From the NCBI RefSeq assembly GCF_004010195.1, contig NC_057718.1, positions 99,728,730 to 99,781,864 on the forward strand: a stretch of 53,135 bases of DNA, in the 5' to 3' direction. Shown here piece after piece: positions 12,191 through 24,119 of the stretch (position 1 is its first letter; each line of letters opens with the position of its first letter). Position numbers and translations under genes: made by a program. Below the pieces are notes generated by a model. That model worked only from the letters and a program-made list of their open reading frames with translations, ran no database searches and was not told where the DNA came from. The stretch comes from Chiloscyllium plagiosum. Lineage: Eukaryota.

Positions 12191-12789
12191 AATTTGTTCA
12201 CAGTCACTCTGGTGCCATACCACGGAACATTTTACTCACTTAGAAAATGCTACTCAAATGCAAGTTGTTGTTTTGAAGATCGGTTCAGCAAAAAAATTAG
12301 CACAGGTCAACGTAGTCGGGCTAATAAACCTTGCTAGGTACAAATCTCAGCCCTGGCCACATTTAATATCTTGTAAAATCAAGTCACAATCAATTTGATG
12401 TTGCAACACATCTTCCTGCAAGATGTTAAGTCACAGCATACTCAATATTTTTGGCAGATCAGTTTTTCTGAGGCTGTTACTCCCACTGGAAATTGTACAA
12501 ATCCACCTGTCACCTTCACTGTGATGAAGAGTGAGTCTCCAAGGGAGGATTTGCAATGAGAATTTTGTACGAAGTGGGAACGATGAGGAAGGAGCAATGG
12601 AGTAGGTGGCATGGACATGCTCATTGTATAGAGGATTGAGGGGAAGACGTTGGGAATTTGGGAAGAAACGGGGTGAGGGTTGGTTAAATGGAGAGTGGGA
12701 GGATGAGGGTTAGGATGGAGAGGAATTTATGCACACTCTCCCCATCTTCTTCAAGTCTAGCTTCATTACTTACATCCATCATAGTTGTT

Positions 12790-13465
12790 CCATAAGACCA
12801 TTAGATATACTTTCAGGAGTAGGCCATTTGGCCCCTCAACCATTCAATAGGATTGTGGCTGTTCCAACATTCCTCATGCCTACCTTTCTGCCCTTTCCCT
12901 TGATCCTCCGACTAATCAAGAATCAATCTATCTCAGCCCTAAGTATGCACAGGGACGCTGCCCCCACAGCTCTCTGTGGCAAGGAGTTCCAAAGACCCTC
13001 AACCCTCTGAGAGAAGGAATTCCTCCCCATCTCAGTCTGAAATTGGTGTCCCTTTATTCTGAGACTATACCCTCTGGTCCTAGACTCTCCCATGAGGGGG
13101 AAACATCCTCTCAGCATTGACCCTGTCAAGCCCCTTATGAATTCAATGAGATCATTCCTCTAATCTCCAGTGAGTAGAGGCACAAACTGTTTAATCTTTG
13201 TTCATAAGGCAATCTATTCATACCAGGGATCATCCTAGTGAAACGTGTATGAACTGCCTCCAATGAGATAATTTTTTTTTTCTGGAATAAAGGGACAAAA
13301 ACTGCTCACAATACTCCAGATGTGGTCTCACCTGCAACTTGTCCAGCTGCAAGAAGACTTCCCCAGTCTTAGATCCAACCCCATTGAAAGCAGGGTCAAC
13401 ATTCCAACAGCCTTCCTGATTACCTGCTGCACTTTAGGTATTTCATGTCCAAGTAACCCCAAGTC
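12790..13465 (-). mobile_element. CR1 LINE 3' fragment
   Basis: GESRTRGYSLRIKG...FSQRVEGLWNSLPQRAV. Confidence 0.85.
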
Positions 13466-13471
13466 CCTTTA

Positions 13472-13856
13472 TGTTGAGAGGCGACCTGAAGGAAGTTTAT
13501 AAAATAATGAGGGGTATAGATAGAGTTTATGGTGGTTGTATTTTCCCTAGAATGGGGGTTTTCAACACTAAAGAGCACATTTTTAAGGTGAGAGGAGAGA
13601 GATTTAAAAAGACAAGATGGACAAATTGTATACACAGAGGGTGGTTTGTGTGTGGAATGAACTTCCTGAGGAAGTGGTGGATGGGGGTACAATTACAATG
13701 TTTAAAAGACATTTGGATTAGTACATGAGTAGGAAAGGTTTGGAGGGATATGGGCCAGGAGCAGGCAGGTGGGACTAGTTTAGCTTGGGATTATGGTTGG
13801 CGTGGACTGGTTGGACTGAAAGGTCTGTTTCCGTGCTGTATGACAGTATGACTCTA
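13472..13856 (+). mobile_element. CR1 LINE 3' fragment
   Basis: LRGDLKEVYKIMRGIDRV, with a tail ending atgactcta. Confidence 0.88.
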
Positions 13857-14020
13857 TTAGGAGGAGAATCAGAATTAGCGTTGTGTGACCCAGACAGACT
13901 CTTCCTCATTCTGAAAAAGTCTCCAGTCAGGAGTCCATTGCGAAGATGGGAAAGGGTGAGAGAGGGAGGTCTGAGGCCCCAGACTACAAAACTGAAACCC
14001 AGTACTGTGTTTGCCAACAG

Positions 14021-14139
14021 TGATTGAGGAGCTGCCAGCAGAGATGCAGATAAGCGAATTGAAGGCTTTGGAGAGAAAAGATCTCAAACTGCAACTGTGC
14101 AGGAAAGCAAGTCACAATTCCAATGGCATGGAGAATGGG
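14021..14139 (+). CDS. Unnamed gene, exon G (end of RA/ubiquitin-like domain)
   Basis: Acceptor tgtgtttgccaacag, donor GGG|gtaggt (alternative in-frame donor TAC|gtgagt at 14166), phase 1 to 0. (L)IEELPAEMQISELKALERKDLKLQLCRKASHNSNGMENG. Confidence 0.75.
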
Positions 14140-14172
14140 GTAGGTTCATCATCGAGATTTCAGTACGTGAGT

Positions 14173-14395
14173 ACAGGTGGTTCCGCTATTACGCAGTAGT
14201 TGCATTCCTGTGCGATCCTGTGGTATACACATATTGAGCAATACAAACACACCTAAAGTGTTGACAATGTAATCACGTTATAGTCAACATACACTTTAAA
14301 TGTCGTGGTTTTTAAAAAGCTGCTCCCCAGTTCATCAATCACGGTACAGCTAAACCGTGCTGACAAAATGTGCTTTACTGGAGAATGATGAGTAC
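14173..14395. mobile_element. Possible decayed Tigger/Tc1-mariner-type MITE
   Basis: Starts TA-CAGGTGGTTCCGCTATTACGC, which resembles a Tigger-like terminus. The right terminus is poorly conserved. Confidence 0.35.
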
Positions 14396-14557
14396 AAGTC
14401 TATGAAGATGAAGAAAAGTAAGTCTAGTATAAAGGAGGGACCTGTAGCTGCAGCTTTTCACTTCGCACTCATCAGGACACATGCAAGAATGCCAAAATTA
14501 TCGCAATAATTTATAGAATAAGAGAAACGGGTGCTAATGGGTTGGGAAATTTCCTGT

Positions 14558-14852
14558 GGGGCGGCATGGTGGCTCAGTGGTTAGCACTGCTGCCTACAGC
14601 ACCAGGGACCTGGGTTCTATTCCCGCCTGTCTGTGTGGAGTTTGCACATTCTCCCGGTGTCTGCGTGGGTTTCCTCCCACAATCCAAAGATGTGCAGGTT
14701 AGGTGAATTGGCCGTGCTAAATTGCCCCATGGTGCATTAGTCAAAGGTAAATATAGGGTAGGGAATGGGTCTAGGTGGGTCACTCGTCTGAGGGTTAGTG
14801 TGTACCTGTTGGGCTGAAGGGCCTGTTTCCATACCATAGGGAATCTAATCTC
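14558..14852 (+). mobile_element. HE1-type V-SINE
   Basis: ggcggcatggtggctcagtggttagcactgc head through to the gggaatctaatc tail. Confidence 0.88.
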
Positions 14853-15614
14853 AGATCTATCTTTTTTTGAGGTTGCTTAAAGTTTTGGCCTTCTGTGTGC
14901 TCGTCTTGGTAAGTATAAAATGAAACATTTTGTTAACATGCCTTGTTTTCTCAACACGACTCCACTCATGTCGGAATGGGAGGTGAAAAGCTAACGTAGC
15001 TGAAGCTAACAAAGTAAATCCATCTTTGAAAGAAATGCAATAAAATGCTGCTTCTCCCTTTTAGCTGATGGCCCACATTGTTGAAAGCAGTGACTGCGAC
15101 AGTATTCACAAATTAACAGGAATTTCATATCACCCTGACCCCAAAATCCCAGGCAGCTTTTATTTTTTACTACTGTTCCACAAAAGAATCTTAGCATTTT
15201 TGCTCTATACAGTCAGGAAATGGATAAAACTGAAAACAACGACATGGGGTTCTGCTCGATATTGTCAAATTACAATAGTTACTGCAAAACAGGTTGAATT
15301 GTTTTTTTATTAACAACTAAAAGTCATTCCTAGAACTTACCAAAATATTCCAAGCCAGCTGCTTACTATTTCCTGTCTTCATGACACTTCTGACTGTCTG
15401 ACCTGGTCTGGATGGGATAATTACCAACTTTACCAAGCTGTGGATGGGCTGATCAGACCGAACATTCAGCACCTTTTTCTCCTGTAGTGTAAATTGTGAT
15501 TGTTTGAATTTAAATATTTTTGCATGTGTCCTGATGAGTGTAAAATGGAAAACTTCCACAAAATGCTCCACTTTTTAGCTATATTAACTGATATCCTCTC
15601 TCTCCCTCTCCCAT

Positions 15615-16895
15615 TCACACACAGACACACAAAACACACACACAGACACTGACACACTAACACATGCATACACATACAAACAAGCACACAGACACACAAA
15701 CATACATACACATGGACACACCCAGGTGCAAGCACACATACAGACACACACACACAAAAACATGAACAAGCACACGCAAGTACATATGCATAAACACACA
15801 CACAAAACATGCAAGCACACATATACACAAACAAAAACAAACACAGAGACACACATATACATAACCAGGAACACAGGCACAAACATAGAGACACACATAT
15901 ACACAAACAGAAACACACACAGATACAAACATAGAGACACACATATACATAAACAGAAACACACACAGATACGAACAGAAACACACGCAGATACAAACAT
16001 AGAGACACACATATACATAAACAGAAACACACACTCCTATGTCTCCTATGTCTTATGGTCTTATATACATAAACACATATACACAAACAGAAACACACAC
16101 AGATACAAACATAGAGACACACATGCCAAAGTACAGAGGGATCTGGGAGTGCTAGTTGAGGATTCTCTAAAGGTAAACATGCAGGTTGAGTCCGTGATTA
16201 AGAAAGCGAATGCAATGTTGTCAATTATCTCAAGAGGGTTGGAATATAAAAGCACTATTGTGCTACTGAGACTTTATAAAGCTCTGGTTAGGCACCANNN
16301 NNNNAGACATTTCTTCAGCCAGAGAGTGGTGGGCCTGTGGAATTCATTGCCACAGAGTGCAGTGGAGGCCAGGACGCTAAATGTCTTCAAGGCAGAGATT
16401 GATAAATTCTTGATGTCACAAGGAATTAAGGGCTACAGGGAGAATGCGGGTAAATGGAGTTGAAATGCCCATCAGCCATGATTGAATGGCGGAGTGGACT
16501 CGATGGGCCGAATGGCCTTATTTCCTCTCCTATGTCTTATGGTCTTATATACATAAACAGAATCCCACACCGATATAAACATAGAGACACACACATATAC
16601 ACAAACATAAACACACAGATACAAACATAGACACACACACATACGCAATCAGAATCACACACATGGGGACACACAAATACACAAACAAAAACACAGACAC
16701 AAACATGGGACACAGAACAGAAACACACAAACAGAAACACACACACAGATGGGGACATACACATACACAAACAGAAAAATACACACAAGCAATCAGAAAC
16801 ACACTCAGGGGTACACACACACAGATGCAAGCACACACACAGATGTACCCATGCAACAACACATTCATAAACAGAAACACACAAGGACACACACC
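15615..16895. repeat. CA-rich compound minisatellite interrupted by a CR1
   Basis: Units such as acaaacatagagacacacatatacataaacagaaacacacacagat. Confidence 0.9.
16123..16545 (+). mobile_element. Young CR1 LINE fragment inside a CA-rich minisatellite (contains a 7-N gap)
   Basis: VQRDLGVLV...LYKALVR...FFSQRVVGLWNSLPQ, with tail ctcctatgtcttatggtctta. Confidence 0.9.
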
Positions 16896-17364
16896 CTCTT
16901 ACAGGCTGCTATATCTCATTAGGTTATAACATTCCTTTAATTTAGTTTATTTCTCCATGTACCTTTTGAAGATGCAGGAATACTAGGGCCACTCCTGCAG
17001 CTGTTAGCAAAATGTTTTTGCAATCACGCAGGGGATATCAAATGCTGCTGGTTACAAATCGGGGAATTAGTGTGTGGGCTGTGTGAATGCAGAAGAGTAG
17101 CTTCAGAAGAAAAATAAATATTAAAGCCCAGACATCACTCCCTTCAATAGTATCAAAGAGAAAAAGGGATAGGGTAATGCAAACTGGTGTGTTTGTTGTG
17201 AGAGGAAATGATACTATTGATCCTGTGCAAGGTTACTGAATGAGTAAACACTCCTTCAAGATTGACAGACCTCTCCAGGGCTCTGCAGATGGTTTGGTTC
17301 CAGCGAGTCACTTACATGCAGTGTTTCTGTACCAATGTTTAACCCTCACATACTGTCACAGTCC

Positions 17365-17395
<31 letters not shown>

Positions 17396-17520
17396 GTGCC
17401 ACATACAGACACAGTCTCTGACAAGGAGAAAGTGACGACTGCAGATGCTGGAGAGCCATCGTTGAAAAGCGCGGTGCTGGAAAAGCCCAGCAGGTCAGGC
17501 AGCATCCGAGGAGCAGGAGA

Positions 17521-17552
17521 GTCAACGTTTCGGGCATAAGCCCTTCATCAGG
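17521..17552 (-). ncRNA. Minimal hammerhead-ribozyme-like motif in a PLE terminus
   Basis: CCTGATGA-A-GGGC-TTAT-GCCC-GAAAC-GTTGAC has an intact CUGANGA/GAAA core and stem II. Confidence 0.65.
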
Positions 17553-17683
17553 AATGTGTCTGAAACAAGAGTTAGGCTTCACTCCTTTTAGTGAGGATGG
17601 AATGTGGTAGTGGACCAGAAGCTCTGAATTTGAATTTCCTCCCCAACCCCCCCCACCCCACCAACCCAATCCTTTGAAAGCTT

Positions 17684-17800
17684 GAGGTGGCACAGTGGCT
17701 CAGTGCTGCCTCACAGCACCAGGGACCCAGGTTTGATTCCGACCTCGGGCGACTGTCTGTGTGGAGTTTGCACATTCTCCCCATGTGCGCATGGGTTCCC
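17684..17800 (+). mobile_element. HE1-type SINE, 5' part only
   Basis: tRNA-derived head and start of the V-domain. Confidence 0.8.
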
Positions 17801-18009
17801 ATTGGATGCTCCCAGAGGAAAATGTAACAAAATGTTTTCATTAAAACATACGAGACAGAGACCATCCCCAGCAACAAATGATCCAGGAGATGGCACAGCT
17901 GCCTAATGGTAGGCAGTTCCATAATATCCAGGAAGGTTGGTCATCGTGCCAATAACAACCTCCAGCAATATTCTTTTACCCTCTCCCAGCTTGGCAGTGC
18001 ATTGCTACC

Positions 18010-18550
18010 TCAGTCTAGTCCTTTTAGATGTTTATAGGTTTCTATGAGGTCCTCCCCTCATTCTTCAAAACCCCAGTGAATATAATCCTAACCGATCCAG
18101 TCTCGTTTCATAAATCAGTCCCACCATCTGCAGGAATCAGTCTGGGAAACCTGCACTGCACTCCCTCCATCTTTCCTCAGATAACGAGCTCTGGATATGG
18201 TCTCACTGAGACCTTGTACAATTGCAGTAAGACAGCCCTGCTCCTGTACTCGAATCCTCTTGCTATGAAGGTCAACATTTCCCCATTTACCTTCTTCACC
18301 GCCTGCTGCCCCTGCACTTTCAGTGACTGCAGTACAAGGGAAGCCAGGTCTTGTTGCACCTCCCCCATTCCCAATCTATTCCCATTCATGTAATAGCCTG
18401 TATTCCTGTTGTTTGCTACCAAAGTGAACAACCCTACATTTATCCACACTATACGACCACTCACTCGAGTTGACCAAGTCACACTAAAGCACCTCTGCGT
18501 TCACCTCACAGCTCCCCCCTCCCACCCGCCACTGTGTGGTCTGCAAACCT
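18010..18550 (-). mobile_element. CR1 LINE fragment
   Basis: EVQQDL...FIARGFEYRSRAVLLQLYKVSVRP. Confidence 0.8.
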
Positions 18551-19199
18551 GGAACCTCAAAAGCAAATCGAATACTTTCCAATGTCCTTTTTAACAATCG
18601 GCTGCTGTTAAAATTGAAGGTGCAAAGCTTTTTAAAAAAAATTCATTCCGAATCTTAGCTTGTGGTTGGGAGTTGGTGGGGGGTGGGGGGGGATGTGGGG
18701 GCTGGGGGGAATTGGAATTCTCCTGTCAGGGTGGTCTCAGTGTGGAGGGAGCTAAGCCTTCGGCCTTTGGCTTCACTCCTCGTGAAAGGTCAAGGAAAGG
18801 ATCACACACTTTGGTATTTTGGCTCTTAACCCTTTGAAAACTGGACTTGGCTTGAAAGCATCCAAGACCATTCTGATTTTCTCTCTTTCAACATCTTTAA
18901 ATAGAAAGCTGGGAATTTGAACAACAAATTAGAAGAAATTATGTCTTTACTTCAACAACCGTGGTTTAAAAGGATCTTTCTGACTGAGTTATGCTTTTAT
19001 TTTATTGAGGCTGTTTGCTGAGCTGGTATGACATGGTGCAGAATAGGCTTCACTTCGGCCTAGGCCTGTTTTGGAGCCTGCACTACGACAGTGTGCTACG
19101 AGCGAACACTGAGGCCTAAGGCCTAAACCTCAGGCCCTATCATTGCACTGGTACCGATCTGCAGGCAGCACTCAGACATCCAGAGGCAGCTGCCTTGAT

Positions 19200-19830
19200 T
19201 CTGAGATTCAGGTTGTGCTGCGCATCTGCACTGGTCTCTCCACACTGGGCAGACTGGGTGACCGCTCTGTAGAACGCCAATGTACTATCCACAAAAGTGA
19301 CCCAGGTCACCTGCCATTTCAACACCCCACCCTGTTTCCTGGCCAACATCTCTGTCTCGGGCTTGCTGCAGTGCTCCAGCAAAGCTCAGTGCAAGCTGGA
19401 AGAACAGCACCTCGTTTTCCGTTTGGGGTCCCTGCCACTTTCAGGACTCAATATTGAGTTCAATAACTTTAAGGCCTGAGCACTTTCTCCCATGTCCTTA
19501 CCCCATCCCCCACACACCAGGCCTGAGCTGCTATCACATACTACCCATTGGCAGCCATTATTAGTGGGTCCCTATTAGGGGGTGTTCATTCTCCCAGGCT
19601 GGTCTTCATCCACTCCTCTGCCCAAGTGTTTTTTTGTCTTTCTGGGCTCATCCCCACCCATCATTTACACCTACCCCCTGCCCCCATCCCATCTCCAGTG
19701 TATATTCCAATTTTTTTCGCAGTTACAAGCAGTTCTGAAGAAGGGTCACTGGAACCAAAACAATAACTCTGTTTCTATCTCCAATGACCTGCTGAGTTTC
19801 TCCAGCACTTTCTGCATTTGGATTTGCCAG
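19200..19830 (+). mobile_element. PLE 3' fragment (GIY-YIG C-terminus and 3' end)
   Basis: CHFN...KLEEQHLVFRLGSL..SGLNIEFNNF*. Confidence 0.8.
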
Positions 19831-19987
19831 GTGACTCTCCAGTTAGATCCTGGGACAGACAAAGGGAGAATGGGGAGGCCAAACAGAGTGGGCTAGCAGG
19901 AGAGCTGGGAGAAACAATCTCCCCGGATTTAGGCAAGTTACACCAATTCCACATTACAGGCCCATGCTGGTCTTTATGCTCTGCTTT

Positions 19988-20183
19988 GGGGGTGGCACGG
20001 TGGCTCAGTGGTTAGCACAGCTGCCTCATAGCACTAGGGACCCAGGTTCGACTCCAGCCTTGAGCGACAGTCTGTGTGGAGTTTGCACATTCTCCCTGTG
20101 TCTGTGCTGGTTTCCTCTGGGTGCTCTGAGGGTGGAATCGAACCCAGGTCCTTGGCACTGTGAGGCAGCAGTGCTAACCACCC
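19988..20183. mobile_element. Two fused, oppositely oriented HE1 SINE heads
   Basis: A + strand head and part of the V-domain are joined directly to a - strand head (gagggtggaatcgaacccagg...gtgctaaccac). Confidence 0.8.
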
Positions 20184-20545
20184 TAATGAGAAAGATGAAC
20201 TACAATGATGACTTTCCAGGTTTGTTACTTTCTCCAGTTCCTCCTTTTCTGTGCTACGGTCATGTTGAGATGCTTTGAGTAGATTAATTGTCACCAATCC
20301 CGCTGGTTGCTTGGCCACTGCCTAACTTACTGATACCAAGTGGGGAGGAATTACCATACACAGTCTTCAGCAAGTGAGGCTCAATCTCCATACATGGTAA
20401 ACATTCACTGCTTTGTATGTAATGGCTATTATATAAACAAGATACACGATGGTGTCCATAGAGACATCAGACTCAGTGTCACAGCAACTCAAATACTCTC
20501 ACACTGACTTTGTAACAAATGTGGAACCCATTTAACTCCTCTCAG

Positions 20546-21060
20546 TATCAGTCTTACAAATTTTGATAGATGCACCATAGAGAGCATCCCATCTGGATGT
20601 ATCACAGTGTGATACAGCAACTGATCTTCGCAACACCACAAGAAACTACAGAGAGTCACGAACACAGCCCAGTCCATCACCAACCTTCCATCCATTGACT
20701 CCGCCTACACTTCCCACTGCCTCAGGAAGGCAGCCAACATCATCAAAGACCCCTCCCACCCCAGTTATACTCTCTTCCACCCTCTTCCATCAGGCAGGAG
20801 ATACAAATGTTTGAATACACGTATGAACAGATTCAAAGACAGCTTCTTCCCCGCTGTTAGCAGGCTTGAAATGGACCACTTTAATGTTGATGTTGATCTC
20901 TCGCTGCACCTTCCCAGCAGCTGTAAAACTGTACCCTGCACTCTGTTCTGTTACCCTGATGCACCTGGATAGTGCGATCTGCCTGTAAAGCATGTAAAAC
21001 AACACTTTTCATTGTACCTCGGCACACAAGACAACAACAACTCGAATCATATTAAATCAA
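20546..21060 (+). mobile_element. Rex1/Babar-type LINE 3' fragment
   Basis: Decayed RCTIESI.SGCITV...KLQRV...IIKDPSHP...PLPSGRRY...RFKDSFFP motif chain. Confidence 0.75.
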
Positions 21061-21269
21061 ATCAAATCTTTTGCATCCTGATGGACAGAGCTTATCGCAT
21101 GAGATCAATTAACCCATTCAGGAACTAACTGCCTGAAACAAAATCTCTATGTCAAAGTTTAAAAATTAACTTACCTCTTAGTTGATGATCTCAGTGATCC
21201 ATTTGAAACACAATGGCAAACCAACTAATTAATCTTCATGCTACACAAGTGCTAAGTAATGATCATCAC

Positions 21270-21600
21270 CAACTAGAGAGAATCTAACCATCTTGCCTTG
21301 ACATTCAATGACATTACCATGACTGAATTTCCCATGAGTGATATCGTTGGGGGTTATCATTGCCCAGAAACACACTGGACCAGCCAAGTAAATACTGTGA
21401 CTACAAGAGCAGGTCTGTGACTGGGAAGTGAGTAACTCACCTCCTGACTCCCCAAAGCCTGTCCCACCATCTCCAAGGCACAAGTCAGGACTGTGTGATG
21501 GAACACTCCCCACTTACCCTGGCTGGGGGCAGCTCCAACAACACTCAGGCAACTCGACACCATCCAGGAGTAAGCAGCTGACTTGATCGAAACTCCATTC
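21270..21600 (+). mobile_element. L2/CR1-group LINE fragment (related pieces at ~23490-23840 and ~35720-36010)
   Basis: Recurrent sequence ctcctgactccccaaagcctgtcc...gatggaa.actccccact; the other two pieces share accttccaaaccca...gggcagcaga.acatggga. Confidence 0.55.
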
Positions 21601-21949
21601 ACTGCCCTGCATCGTGGTGCATTGTTTTCATGTTTGACAGGGGAAGGAATGGGGAAGTCGGACTAATTGGGTAACACTTTCAAAAAGCCAACATTGCATA
21701 AAAGGCTGAATGTTCTCTTCTGTGATGAATAACTCTTTAATTCTATGAGTGTACAACTACTTCTTATACAACAGCCAGACAGCACGAATTATAAAAAATT
21801 AAATCTTCACTTGTGAAATTCCAGTATCGAGTGAGGCTGTGGATTGCCAACTAAATCCATTAGTCTGAGTTTTGTGCAATTTTTATTTAGAAAGATCCTT
21901 TTGACCAGAACAATCCAATTTGAGAAATGACTCTTCCCCGTCTGTCTAG

Positions 21950-22096
21950 GTGCCAGAGTCTGGCTTTGCTTCAGTTTCGCCTCTCAGCATTCCGACGCCT
22001 GGAGCTCGGATCCGTCAGATGGAGTTGAGAGCTCAAGAAGACGAGATAAGCAAATTGAAGCAGCTCATAAAAAGCATCAAAGCGAGTCATCAGCAG
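21950..22096 (+). CDS. Unnamed gene, exon H (start of coiled coil)
   Basis: Acceptor ctcttccccgtctgtctag, donor CAG|gtaatg, phase 0 to 0. VPESGFASVSPLSIPTPGARIRQMELRAQEDEISKLKQLIKSIKASHQQ. Confidence 0.85.
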
Positions 22097-22194
22097 GTAA
22101 TGGTTCTTGTTACATTAATGAACCCTGGCTGCAGCAAACTCCTCATTTTCAAATGTTGCTGTCATTTTGATTGAATTCATCATTCAAGTATAAG

Positions 22195-22760
22195 TGTGTG
22201 TGTCAGAGAGTATGTGTGTCTGTGTGTGTGAGAGAGTGTGCACTTGCGTGAGAGTATGTGTGTGTTTTTGTATGTTTGTGTGTGTCAGAGGGTATGCCGG
22301 TGAGAGCACGTGTGAGTGTGTGTATGTTTGTAAGTGCATGTGTCAGAGGGTATGTGTGTCTGTGTGTGTGAGTGTGTGTGTTTGTAAGTGTGTGTGTCAG
22401 AGGGTACATGTGTCTGTGTGAGAGAATGCGTGTGCGTGTGTGAAGAGAGAGAATGCATTTGTATGTGTGTCAGAGAGTATGTGTGTCTGTGCGTGTGAGA
22501 GAGTGTGTGTGTCAGAGGGTACGTGTGTCTGTGTGAGAGAATGCATGTGTATGTGAAGAGAGACAGTGTGTTTGTATGTGTGTCAGAGGGTATGTGTTTC
22601 TGTGCGTGTGAGAGTGTGTGTGTGTGTCAGAGGGTACGTGTGTCTGTGTTTGAGAGAGTGTGCATGTGTGTCGGAGAGTATCAGTGTCTGTGTACGTGTG
22701 TGTGTTTGTATGTGTGTGCGTGTGAGAGAGTGTGTGTGTCTGGCTGTGTGTGTGTGTGTG
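22195..22760. repeat. GT/GA-rich compound minisatellite
   Basis: Recurring tgtgtgtcagagggta(t/c)gtgtgtctgtg. Confidence 0.9.
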
Positions 22761-23898
22761 TTGAAGGGGTGAGTGAAAAGAAAACTTGAAGGGGAATTGT
22801 CAACCAGATGCTGACCATTTTCCATTGCGAGGTATCAACCATGTGTGTTGCTTTTCCACCTCCGACTTCATAAAACATTCCCATCAGATCTACTGCGGAA
22901 TTCCCAGACTTGATTAACAGCCGTCATTAGTCTGAGCACATTGCCCAGTGCAAATAACTGGAGGTGTTGGGATTCCAGGTCCTCCGTACTTCAGTGAGAA
23001 TGTTTGGAGGTCAGGAATATCTCATCACTGGGACTTAAAGTAAAAGACATATTTTCTCATAACTTCAAAGGGATTCAGATATTGACACTTGCCTCTGAAT
23101 CAGACATTGGTGACGTGCCTAATTACTCAAGTGAGGTAACAGGTATTAACATGACCAGACATATGCAAGAGGCTTGACTCCATCCAGAACAGAACAGTCT
23201 GCTCATTGGACACCCCATCCATTAAAACATAGGAGCAGAATTAAGGCCATTCAGCCCATCGAGTCTGCTCCGCCACTCTGTGTGATCTGAAAATCCTCGG
23301 CTCCGTTTTCTTGACCTTTCCTACAACCCTTGATTCACTTTCTGATTAGAAAGCTTTCTCTCTCAGCCTTGAATATAGCTTATGGCCCGGCCAACACAGC
23401 TCTCTGCGGTAAGGAATTCGACAGATTCAATATCCTCTGAGAGATGACATTCACCCTCATCTCTGTCTTAAATTTCCACCTCTTTCCACATCACCTCCCT
23501 CTACCGTGGTTGCACAGAAGCAGCCGTGTGTGTGCCATCTACAAGATACACTGCAGCGATTCACCAAGGCTCCTCCAACAGCACCTTCCAAACCCATGAC
23601 CTCTACATCCTAGATTGACAAGGGCAGCAGACACATGGGAAGCCCCTGCAAGTTGCCCTCCATCCTGACTTGGACGTTTCTCACTGCTCCTTCGCTGTCA
23701 AGTTCCTGAAACTCCCTCCTTAATAGCATTGTGGGTGTCTCTGCATTGATTCACAGAGGTAGCTCATTACCACCTCCTTAGGGGCAATTAGGGACAGCAA
23801 CAAATGCAGGGCCCAGCCAGCGACACCCAATCTCGTGAATGCATTTGCAAACATTGAAATATTCCTCAGGGAGTTCACAAAGCTTTCTTGCTCTCCAG

Positions 23899-24077
23899 AC
23901 CCTCCAGCTGCTGCAGTGTTCCCGCACCCTGCATCGAGAGGCAGTCTACCTTCTCACAGAGTCTGTCTGTCCCACAAATCCACAGGAGGGCTCATGTCGT
24001 GCTGATGCTGAACTGAACAAGAAGGAAATGTTCATCCAGCGACTAACCCTGGCACAGAAAGAGCTGGCGAACGAGAG
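23899..24077 (+). CDS. Unnamed gene, exon I (helical/coiled coil)
   Basis: Acceptor ctttcttgctctccag, donor GAG|gtacag, phase 0 to 2. TLQLLQCSRTLHREAVYLLTE...ELNKKEMFIQRLTLAQKELANE(R). Confidence 0.8.
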
Positions 24078-24119
24078 GTACAGGCCTTACTGAATGGCAC
24101 AGCCCAGATTACCATCTTA

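Noticed and set aside
12458..12530. Exon-like segment (ggcag|ISFSEAVTPTGNCTNPPVTFTVMK|gtgagt)
   Set aside because: It is open only as phase 0 to 1, whereas the flanking exons need phase 1 to 1. It would also interrupt the RA-like domain.
15065..15313. Strong acceptor and ORF MAHIVESSDC...
   Set aside because: No good donor and no recognisable protein features.
18905..19020. Acceptor followed by KAGNLNNKLEEIMSLLQQ
   Set aside because: There is no convincing donor before the stop, and exons G and H already join in frame.
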